The notes under the pieces were generated by a model that was not told the origin of the DNA, searched no databases, and worked only from the letters and a program-made list of their open reading frames with translations. Positions 21,701 to 33,700 of a stretch of DNA of 64,000 nucleotides are shown here, one piece after another (the first letter of the stretch is position 1; each line of letters starts with the position of its first letter). Made by a program: the position numbers and the translations under genes. This DNA is from Macrostomum lignano (taxonomy: Eukaryota): contig NIVC01000268.1 of assembly GCA_002269645.1 (NCBI GenBank), forward strand, positions 310,001 through 374,000, read 5' to 3'.

Positions 21701-24700
21701 ACTGGACTCAATCAAAACTTTCTCTGCCAAGAGAACTCAAAACTCTCAGGATTCAGTGGTTATGGTTAGGGTTAGAGCTGCACAGAGGTATCTGTTAAAA
21801 GGCGGCAATAATAAAGAATGAACTAATTGAAGCAATCAATTGCGCAATCGATTTCTCAGTCAGCCAGTATCAGTCTCAGTTAAAGTTAGCAATATGGTTG
21901 CACAACCTAAATCAACCCTCCAATACATGGTGACCAACCTCTCCAATACACAGCGGCAGGTAGAAATTATACCCCCAGCTTTAATCTCTGCCCTATTGCA
22001 AAAATAAGTGCAATCTTTGCAAAAGTATGGAAATCATTTTTTTAATGCCGTGATTTTAGTTTGCATATTTAAAGCAAACAACTTATATCCCCAAACTCAG
22101 CGTTGCAAGATCTTTCTAGCAATATAAGTCTCTCCTCTCAAAGTTTAAAACTCAAGGAATAGTTAGCGTTTGAAATTTACCGATTTCCCGACTGCTTGCT
22201 AGAGAAGCTTGCAAGTTTATTCACTGAATTTCACTGCCAAACTAATACACAGGGCTTCTTATGGAGAAAAAAATGTGCCAATAATAAAACCAAATGAATG
22301 TTGACACAGTTTAAGTGTGATTTACATTGTACAACTGCTGTGTACACTCAGCCCAAGCCCAACCCCCATTCTGGGGGAAGCATTAAATTTAACTCAACCC
22401 CCCAACACGCAGGGGGTTTTATTTGTATTGAATGCAGGATGCACGCACCTACCACCCCTCAATACACAGTGGCCCACGGGTGTAGGTTGGGGTGGCTATT
22501 TTTACAAACTGGCTGCAGCCCCAGGCAGAGTGGCCAAGGAAGGTTATTAGGGGTTAAAAAAGCAGTTTTCTGCTTTTTAGGGCTGTTAAAATATGAAAAT
22601 TGAAAATTAAAATAGCCTAAAGCCTGCTTGGAAAATTTGCAGTTTTCCGGTATAATTTTTGACGCTGACTTGCCAGTATTGTATGAGTTCACTTAAAACA
22701 TACAGACAAACAAACATTGCGTCAGTTTTAGTATTAGTATAATAGAAATGCAACACAACACAGTTCAACATGTTAACTTTTGCACTGAATATAGGTGTAA
22801 TACTAATTAGATGATGATACATTTAGCCTTAATAAGACAATCATAGATACTCTTGCCATTTATCCAGCACCATGTTGCAATACCACCTGTCTTGACTCTA
22901 GCCACAATACAATATAACAAAATTCCAAAATGCTGATAGATGGTTGGATACCTTTTATCCACTTATAGGGCCAGCTAGTTCAAAGTAAAAAAAATCATAT
23001 ACCATTAGGCAACCAATTTAATATGTTTTATACATGCTAAACCTATAAAGGTACAAAATTGCATAGCCTTGTTGGTGTTTTAGCTAATATTTCTCTTGTT
23101 AATGGTGATACAAAAAAGGAAGACGGCCAATTAAAAAAGAATGCTATTATACCACGTTGGTAATTTGGTGCATTTTTACTTTGTTAGCCACCTTCCAAAG
23201 AGGCAACATAGCTTTTTAGCAGTGATTACCAATATACAATACACCCCATTAAAATGCAGAGTAGCCACTTCAGATTTGTATTGTATCATAGAGCTCTTGC
23301 CTCAGTGTAGAGAAAATAAGACTAAAAACTAGACTAACTACAAGGTCTAGTCTTGGGCGCCATGTAGAGAAAATAAGACTAAAAACTAGACTAACTACAT
23401 TTAAATTAAAGGTTAAATTGAATCTAAGATAAGCCAGTAAGTGGGCGCAGGGCCCAAAAAACTATATTTATAGAACATTTAACTTTGGAGAGTTGAGCCT
23501 AGAATAATAAAGAGAGGGGGTGGAGTGCGCGACTGAAGAGAGAGAGGCAAGAATGGAGAGCCAATCAGAAGGCAGCAAGGGAGAGAGAGAGATAAGAATA
23601 ACAAGATTGAGCTAGACAGAGAAGAGAGAAAACAGAGTAAACAGAGACAAGTGAAGGTGAACTAAAGAAATGACTAGGAAAGTCGCGACACTCAGAGTTA
23701 GTTTCCTTGCTTATTCACTTATTGTTTTTTTCCAATTTTTTGTATCTAACTAAAGTGCATAACTGAAGTTTATTCGGGTCAGGTAAAAGCCAGCCAATAG
23801 CAATGATAGCATTATCTAGCATTACCAAAGTATTAGTTTTAAAACTTTGAAACTTTTTAAAGCTTTAATAAAATTATAGTTTCAAAATGAAACAATAAAA
23901 TAGTTTTATCATTTAAATTCAGTAAAATATGAATATTTATTGAACACACCAAAAGCATGATTTGCTAAGATAATAAATTTAAGCTCCTAAAGACTGACTG
24001 GCCATAGTAAAAAAAGACTAAGGAGCTAATTGAGACTTGCAAGCTCCTCCATTGAATCCACAGTCCCAAAGCAAACTATTGATGCCAATGACATATAGGA
24101 GATCTACTTGTACATGTATGATGTATTGTCAGGTCGAGTCCAATTCACCTTATTTATCTAGGTGAATATTCAGTGACCACAATAAAGTTCAGGAGGCTGC
24201 ATTGCAGTGGGCAATAATAGGTCCTGATAAAGTTTGCTGGAAAAGATTGATTTGGTGACTCATTGGCCATTGTAATCAATTTAAGGAGAGATTATAATAC
24301 AAACTAGTAGGCCGTAAGTAGAAGACAAAAATATTTTACATTCAACTCAACCCTGCCCCTCCTTCACCCCTAACACGGCAGATGTTGGGAACGCTGCTGT
24401 GCCTGCTTAAATCCGCCTAGGCAGTACCTGCCTAGAGTGGTATTTTTGGGCCGTCCCAGCAAAACAGTTCGATATCCTCCGAATCGGATTCGCAATCAAA
24501 AGTACTCAGTGTTCAGCTTTGTATTCCTGGTACTATTCGAACAGTTTAAGCTGTTCTTGAATTTCTGCTTCCTAGTCATGGCCTTGTCGCAGTTCATACC
24601 GCCATTGAGGATTGGCTATCTCTATACCTACTGGGGACCGCTCGGCTTTGTGGTCTTTGTCACCATGGTCAGGGAGGCGGTTGATGATTTCCGGCGATGG

Positions 24701-27700
24701 AGACGCGATCGAGAATTGAATGGCACCGTTTATGAGCGGTTGGCTCGGGGCGGGTCAAAACTCGTACCTAGCAGCGTTTTACAGGTAAATTCAGTTTATT
24801 TCATTTTGGCGCCGATTTGTCTTTTAATTTTGGCGCTGATTTTTCATTCATATTTGGCGCCGATGTTTTATTAAACTTTATTTAACTTGGTAAAAAGCCG
24901 ATTTTTTGTTTAAACTGGGCGCCAATTTTTATTCAAATTTAACGCCGATTTTTTAATTCAAATTAAGCGCCGATGTTTTTCTATCCAAATTTGGCGCCGA
25001 TGTTTTTATTCAAATTTGGCGCCGATTTTTAATTTAAATTTAGCGCCGATTTTTTCATTCAAATTTAGCGCCGATTTTTAATTTAGATTTGGTGCCGATG
25101 TTTTAATTCAAATTTGGCGCTTTTTTAATTTAGATTTGGCGCCAACTATTTTTAATTCAAATTTAGCGCTGTTTTTTATTTAAATTTGGCGCTGATCTTA
25201 TTTCAATCATGGTACAAAATTGTTTTGTCAATCTTGGCCTTGATTTTATTCCCAGGTCGGTGACGTGATCCGAGTCAACAAGAACGAACGCGTGCCGGCA
25301 GATCTGGTCCTGTTGCGCACCTCGGAGAAGCAGGGCACCTGCTATCTGCGCACGGATCAACTGGACGGTGAGACGGACTGGAAACTGCGGGTGGCGCCGC
25401 CAACAACTCAACGGTTGAGTAGCGATGAGGAGCTTCTGAGTGTGGGTGCCAGCGTCTACGCTGAACGGCCGGGTCTGGATATTCACAGCTTCATTGGCAC
25501 CCTTAGCTTGTCCGGACCGGAGACGCCTGACTCTGGTTCTGCCGCTGTGGCTGGCGACCAAGTGAGTTTGTCGTTAATTACGATAATAATTACCCCGCCA
25601 ATCATAAAAGAATCGCCCTGTCAACCATTTAAGAATCGCCCTGTCAACCATAAAAGAATCGCCCTGTCAACCATTTAAAAATCGCCCTGTCAACCATAAA
25701 AGAATCGCCCTGTCAACCATACGCTCGTAAAAGAGTCGCCCTGTCAACCATAAAAAAATCGCCCTGTCAACCATAAAAGAATCGCCCTGTCAACCATAAA
25801 AGAATCGCCCTGTCAACCATAAAAGAATCGCCCTGTCAACCATAAAAGAATCGCCCTGTCAACCAGAAAATCGCCCTGTCAACCATAAAAGAATCGCCCT
25901 GTCAACCATTTAAGAATCGCCCTGTCAACCATAAAAGAATCGCCCTGTCAACCATTTAAAAATCGCCCTGTCAACCATAAAAGAATCGCCCTGTCAACCA
26001 TACGCTCGTAAAAGAGTCGCCCTGTCAACCATAAAAAAATCGCCCTGTCAACCATAAAAGAATCGCCCTGTCAACCATAAAAGAATCGCCCTGTCAACCA
26101 TAAAAGAATCGCCCTGTCAACCATAAAAGAATCGCCCTGTCAACCATAAAAGAATCGCCCTGTCAACCAGAAAATCGCCCTGTCAACCATAAAAGAATCG
26201 CCCTGTCAACCATAAAAAATCACCCTGTCAACCATAAAAGAATCGCCCTGTCAACCATTTAAGAATCGCCCTGTCAACCATCGCCCTGTCAACCATAAAA
26301 GAATCGCCCTGTCAACCATAAAAGAATCGCCCTGTCAACCATAAAAGAATCGCCCTGTCAACCATAAAAGAATCGCCCTGTCAACCAGAAAATCGCCCTG
26401 TCAACCATAAAAGAATCGCCCTGTCAACCATAAAAAATCACCCTGTCAACCATAAAAGAATCGCCCTGTCAACCATTTAAGAATCGCCCTGTCAACCATA
26501 AAAGAATCGCCCTGTCAACCATAAAAGAATCGCCCTGTCAACCATAAAAGAATCGCCCTGTCAACCAGAAAATCGCCCTGTGAACCATCAAAGAATCGCC
26601 CTGTCAACCATAAAAAATCACCCTGTCAACCATAAAAGAATCGCCCTGTCAACCATTTAAGAATCGCCCTGTCAACCATTTAAGAATCGCTCTGTCAACC
26701 AAAAAAGAATCGCCCTGTCAACCATAACCCGTTGGATTTTGAGTTTTTAAAGTAGGCATGAAAGGTGAAGAGTTTTGCACCTTCTGCCTCACTTTCGCCT
26801 CTCCTATGCCTTTTTTGTGCCACTTGTGCACCTTTTGTTCACCTGAGTGCCTCTGCAGGGGCGGAAGGTGAATTTAAGGCACGAAATAGGCGGTAGGGGC
26901 ACAGGTGTCATAGGGGAGTTAGGTGCATAAAAGGTGCACAGTTGTGCGTTGAGGCACAAAAGGTGAATAAAGTAGGAATTGGGGGCATCGGAGGAGTGAA
27001 AGGTGAATAAAAGGTGTGCTGCGGTGGAGGTGCAGAAAAGGTGTACAGTGTGCACTGGAGGCACGAAAGGTGAATAAAAGGTGCACAGTGGGCACTTTAG
27101 GCGTTGAGGCAATGCAAGGGGCGTTAAATTTTCAACTGGCGAAGTTCTTTGCTTCCTTTTCTCACTATTCAAACTTTTCCTCACTAATGCAAACCTTTTC
27201 ATCCCTTTTCGGAGCTTTTCCTGAGTATTTGAAAGTCATTAAGACTTATCAGTTTTGGAAATGTTTTTTTCGTGGTTTGTCAGGATTAGGAAGGGGATAA
27301 CAGCGATTAGCAAATATGTAACTCTCAGTTAATTTTTTGTTACGAATTCTTAATGCGTTAATATTCGTGCATAGGCATGAAGGGTGAGCGGGGTGCACGG
27401 AAGAGGCACTTTGGGGGTCTATAATTTCGAGCGTGTTTTGGAAATGCACCTGTATACATATTTACGCCGCACATGTACACCTTATGCACCTCTAATTCAC
27501 CTTTCATGCGCTTTCTGCGCCCCTTCAGCACCTCCCGTGCACCTGATGTGCCTCACTTGTGAGCCTACTCTTCACCTTTTGCGCACCTCCAGTGCCCCTT
27601 ATACACCTTTACTGCCCCTACCGCCGCAGCCAATCAAAATTGAGAATTCACCTACTGCCTGACCAGTTCACCGATTTTACACCTTTCATGCCTCTTTTTA

Positions 27701-30700
27701 AAAATATTGGTGACATTTAGGCATAAAAAGGTGCACTCAGGTGCATTTCCAAAACACACACGAAATAGGCCACCAAAGTGCCTCTTTTGTGCACCTCGTT
27801 CACCTTTTATGCCTCTGCAGGTGCATAACTTTTCCAACGGGTAAAAGAATCGCCCTGTCAACCATAAAAGAATCGCCCTGACAGACATAAAAAATCGCCC
27901 TGTCAACCAGAAAATCGCCCTGTCAACCATAAAAGAATCGCCCTGACAGACATAAAAAATCGCCCTGTCAACCAGAAAATCGCTCTGTCAACCATAAAAG
28001 AATCGCCCTGTCAACCATTTAAAAATCGCCCTGTCAACCAGAAAATCGCCCTGTCAACCATTTAAAAATCACCCTGTCAACCAGAAAATCGCCCTGTCAA
28101 CCAGAAAATCGCCCTGTCAACCATTTAAAAATCGCCCTGTCAACCAGAAAATCGCTCTGTCAACCATAAAAGAATCGCCCTGTCAACCATTTAAAAATCG
28201 CCCTGTCAACCAGAAAATCGCCCTGTCAACCATTTAAAAATCGCCCTGTCAACCATTTAAGAATCGCCCTGTCAACCATTTAAGAATCGCCCTGTCAACC
28301 ATTTAAGAATCGCCCTGTCAACCATTTAAGAATCACCCTGTCAACCATAAAAGAATCGCCCTGACAGACCTAAAAAAATCGCCCTGTCAACCATAAAAGA
28401 ATCGCCCTGTCAACCATAAAAGAATCGCCCTGTCAATCATAAAAGAATCGCCCTGTCAACCATAAAATAATCGCCCTGTCAACCATAAAATAATTACCCT
28501 ATCAACCATAAAAGAATCGCCATTTTTGAAGCCATTAAACATCTTTGTCATCAATGCTTCAAGAACGCCCCCGTCCACTGTTACTATCCAGGCATCCCTG
28601 TCAGTGGAGAACACCCTGTGGACCAACACAGTGGTGGCCTCCAACTGGGCAGTTGGTGTAGTTGTGTACACCGGCGCGGAGACTAGAGCCGCCATGAACA
28701 GTACACCACCTAGAAGTAAATTCGGATTAGTGGATCGCGAGATTAACAACGTTACAAAGCTGCTAGTTGCTAGCGTTCTGCTGCTCTCAATGTTGATGGT
28801 TGCCCTGAAAGGTTTCGGCGGTCAATGGTACAAATACTATTGGAGATTTCTACTGCTATTCTCCTATATTATTCCGCTCGCGTAAGTTCTGTTGTGCGTG
28901 TCGTGGGCGTAACTTATTGACACTCCATAAAGCCTAAAGTACTTTATACTTTGTACGCAAGTACAGTGTATAATAATATGTATGGTCAGATATTCACACT
29001 GATTTATTATCGATCAGTTTTATATCGATTGCAAAGCTGTCTCTCACTCCCTCTCTACTCTACCGCTCTTTCCCCTGTCATTCACTCCCTGACCCTTTAC
29101 TCTGCCATGTGCTCACTGATTTCTGCTTTTTTAATACCAAAAGCTTCTAACATCTGTTACCCTGAGCATAATGTCCTCTCAATCTACCCTGCTGGGAACT
29201 ATATAGTTCACTAAACTACGAGTGTAGCTTGTATATATTAAATAGTAGTATGGCAGTGATTTTTTGTTTTGAACTTTTTTTGTTGAGTTTTCAGTTGAAA
29301 AAAGTGACACATGCAATTAGCGTCTCCTGACACATGAAATTAGCGTCTCCTGACACATGAAATTAGCGTCTCCTGACGCATGAAATTAGCGTCTCCTGAC
29401 ACATGTAATTAGCGTCTCCTGACACATGTAATTAGCGTCTCCTGACACATGAAATTAGCGTCTCCTGACACATGTAATTAGCGTCTCCTGACACATGAAA
29501 TTAGCGTCTCCTGACGCATGAAATTAGCGTCTCCTGACACATGCAATTAGCGTCTCCTGACACATGAAATTAGCGTCTCCTGACACATGAAATTAGCGTC
29601 TCCTGACACATGAAATTAGCGTCTCCTGACGCATGAAATTAGCGTCTCCTGACACATGAAATTAGCGTCTCCTGACGCATGAAATTAGCGTCTCCTGACA
29701 CATGAAATTAGCGTCTCCTGACACATGTAATTAGCGTCTCCTGACACATGAAATTAGCGTCTCCTGACGCATGAAATTAGCGTCTCCTGACATATGAAAT
29801 TAGCGTCTCCTGACACATGAAATTAGCGTCTCCTGACACATGTAATTAGCGTCTCCTGACACATGAAATTAGCGTCTCCTGACACATGAAATTAGCGTCT
29901 CCTGACGCATGAAATTAGCGTCTCCTGACACATGAAATTAGCGTCTCCTGACGCATGAAATTAGCGTCTCCTGACACATGAAATTAGCGTCTCCTGACGC
30001 ATGAAATTAGCGTCTCCTGACACATGAAATTAGCGTCTCCTGACGCATGAAATTAGCGTCTCCTGACATATTAAGTTAGCGTCTTCTGACACAATATTGG
30101 TGCTTCCTGACACATCAAATTAGCGTCTAATAAGTCCATCTAAAAAATTCTCATTGCAGTCTTCGCGTCAATCTAGACATGGCTAAGATCACGTATTCGT
30201 TTCTAATAATGCGAGACGAAAAACTCGAAGGTAATATTGTTCGCAACACTACCATACCTGAGGAGTTGGGCCGGATCAGCTATTTATTAAGCGATAAAAC
30301 TGGCACATTAACGGAAAATGAAATGGTGAGTAATCATTTCTTGGAAAGTCTGGGTAATGGGCCGTAGTATAACTATCCCTGTTTGTAATAAGTACAACGC
30401 TTCGTTATATTGTTACGAGGCTCCTGACTCCTGAGCACATACAAGCGCCCCTTGGTGCTGGCGCCCCTTGCTTCTGGCGCCCATTGGTACTGGCTGCCCT
30501 TGCTTCTGGCGCCCCTTGCTTCTGGCGCCCCTTGCTTCTGGCGCCCCTTGCTTCTGGCGCCCCTTGCTTCTGGCGCCCCTTGCTTCTGGCGCCCCTTGCT
30601 TCTGGCGCCCCTTGCTTCTGGCGCCCCTTGCTTCTGGCGCCCCTTGCTTCTGGCGCCCCTTGCTTCTGGCGCCCCTTGCTTCTGGCGCCCCTTGCTTCTG

Positions 30701-33700
30701 GCGCCCCTTGCTTCTGGCGCCCCTTGCTTCTGGCGCCCCTTGCTTCTGGCGCCCCTTGCTTCTGGCGCCCCTTGCTTCTGGCGCCCCTTGGTTCTGGCGC
30801 CCTTGGTGCTGGCGCCACTTGGTGCTGGCGCCACTTGGTGCTGGCGCCCCTTGGTGCTGGCGCCACTTGGTGCTGGCGCCACTTGGTGCTGGCGCCACTT
30901 GGTGCTGGCGCCCCTTGGTGCTGGCGCCACTTGGTGCTGGTGCCCCTTGGTGCTGGCGCCACTTGGTGCTGGCGCCACTTGGTGCTGGCGCCACTTGGTG
31001 CTGGCGCCACTTGGTGCTGGCCCAGTGAAACATCCTGGTCACGCCACCGCACACTGGTTCCAAATGTACATCGCTACCCTTCAATTATTCAAATTATCAA
31101 CAGGTATTCAAGAAGCTTCATCTGGGTACCATTGCGTTCACCGACGAGCCCGACTCGCATGCCGAAGTTCGAGATCACGTTCGAGCCAGCGTAGCTGAGG
31201 GCGGCGGTTCTGGCAAGCAGTCGCAGCAGCAGCAGCAATCAACCGCTGGCTCCTCAATCACTCGCCAGGGCGCCGATCTCGCTGGTCGAACCGCTGAAGC
31301 CGTGCGAGCCATCGCTCTGTGCCACAATGTCACGCCAGTGTACGAGGATGGCGACTGCGAGACGGCCGAATCAGCTGGCGGCAGCAGCGGCGGCGTCAGT
31401 AGGGGCGGATACGGGGAGCCCAGCTATCAGGTGAGCGATTCGGGTGCAGAGCATGCATGCAGCGTCTCACTAATAATCGACAGTAACCCCAATGTACATC
31501 GAAACCCCCTGTCTAACCCCAGTGTACATGTACACCCCAACTCTCAGCCCCAATGTACACCCAAACCTTCACCCGCCGCATTCCGCAGGCCAGCAGTCCA
31601 GACGAAGTGGCCCTAGTCTCGTGGACCGCTAGCGTTGGCCTAACATTGGCCCATCGAGACCAAAGCAGCATGCGTCTGCGAGCCGATAACGGAGCTGAAC
31701 TCAACTACACTGTGCTCCATCTGTTTCCATTCAGCAGCGAATCGAAACGGATGGGTATCATTGTGCGCGACGATCGCACTGGCGAAATTGTATTCTACGC
31801 CAAAGGCGCCGATACTGTCATTGGAGCCGTGGTGCAACCTGTAGATTGGCTGGAAGAGGAGGTTGGCAACCTGGCTAGGGAGGGCCTGAGAACTCTGTTA
31901 GTCGCTAGGCGAGTGCTTCGGCCGGATTTCTACGAGGATTGGAATAGGAAGTAAGTGCTTTGTGAGATAATGTTCCCTTTTGTTCTCTACTTGTGATCGG
32001 AATCGCCTTTATTACTCGTAGCTTCATATGGGATCAGATTGCCCTTCAGTTAATCTGTTGGGATCAGAATCCCCTATTATTCTTCAGTTGGAATCATAGT
32101 CCCCTATTATTCCTCAGTTGGGATCAGGATCCCCTATTATACCTCAGTTGGGATCAGAATCCCCTCATGCTCACCAGTTGGGATCAGAATCCTCTATTAT
32201 ACCTCAGTTGGGATCAGAATCCCCTCATGCTCACCAGTTGGAATCGGAATCCTCTATTACTCCTCAGTTGGGATCGGAATCCCCTGTTATTTCTTAGTTT
32301 GGATCAAAATCCCCTGTTATTCCTCAGTTGGGATCAGAATCCCCTGTTATTCCTCAGTTGGGATCAGAATCCCCTATTGTTCCTCAGTTGGGATCAGAAT
32401 CCCCTGTTATTCTTCAGTTGGGATCAGAATCCCCTGTTATTCCTCAGTTAGGATCAGAATCCCCTGTTAATCACCAGTTGGGATCAGAATCCCCTCATGT
32501 TCACCAGTTAGAATCAGAATTCCCTCATGTTCACCAGTTAGGATCAGAATCCCCTCATGTTCACCAGTTGGAATCAGAATCCCCTCATGTTCACCAGTTG
32601 GGATCAGAATCCCCTCATGTTCACCAGTTGGGATCAGAATCCCCTCATGTTCACCAGTTAGGATCAGAATCACCTCATGTTCACCAGTTGGGATCAGAAT
32701 CCCCTCATGTTCACGAGTTGGGATCAGAATCGACAATCCCAAATGAAATCGCCCACTCCAGATACGAACAAGCCCGCCTAGCCATGGAGAACCGATCCGA
32801 GCGCGTTCAACAGGTTCAACAACTGCTAGACAATGGCCTGGAGTTGTTGTGCGTCACGGGTGTTGAAGATCGTCTGCAGACGGGCGTCAGGCCTACATTG
32901 GAAACGTTACGCAATGCTGGCGTTCGAGTCTGGATGCTGACCGGCGACAAGCTTGAGACGGCTTGCTGCATCGCTAAGAGCTCTCGACTGGTTGATAAGT
33001 CATCCGGTCTGTACGTTTTCGAACCAGCGTCGGGTCGCAGCGCTGATTTGGATAAAGAGATTCGTATTATGGCTAGACGGGTTGAGGCTGGACAGGGCGT
33101 TGTCATTACTGGCCAGTATCTGCAGGTGAGACGGGGGGGGTTAATGCATGAATTATAAGAAACAGCACCTGTTCGTGAAATTTCAACAATATTAGGCTTG
33201 TCAGGCGCTACAAAAAGGCTTCCTTGGGGATAATTATGAGGCTTCCACATAGGCCAATATCAAAGCTTCCGCATAGCGCCAATATCAATCAAAGCTTCCA
33301 CATAGCGGCAATATCAATCAAAGCTTCCGCATGGCGCCAATATCAATCAAAGCTTCCGCATGGCGCCAATATCAATCAAAGCTTCCGCATAGCGCCAATA
33401 TCAATCAAAGCTTCCGCATAGCGCCAATATCAATCAAAGCTTCCGCATGGCGCCAATATCAATCAAAGCTTCCGCAAGGCGCCAATATCAAAGCTTCCGC
33501 ATAGCGCCAATATCAAAGCTTCCGCATAGCGCCAATATCAAAGCTTCCGCATAGCGCCAATATCAAAGCTTCCGCAAAGCGCCAATATCAAAGCTTCCGC
33601 ATAGCGCCAATATCAAAGCTTCCGCATAGCGCCAATATCAAAGCTTCCGCATAGCGCCAATATCAAAGCTTCCGCAAAGCGCCAATATCAAAGCTTCCGC

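Noticed and set aside
30373-31198. Six long overlapping ORFs on both strands
   Set aside because: They are produced by a stop-free 16-bp repeat inside a phase-consistent intron.
32328-32761. [10 protein letters not shown] repeat in frame with ATP9 exon 8 as an alternative exon
   Set aside because: The upstream donor is phase 2; the AG sites I checked in the repeat unit give phase 0 or 1.
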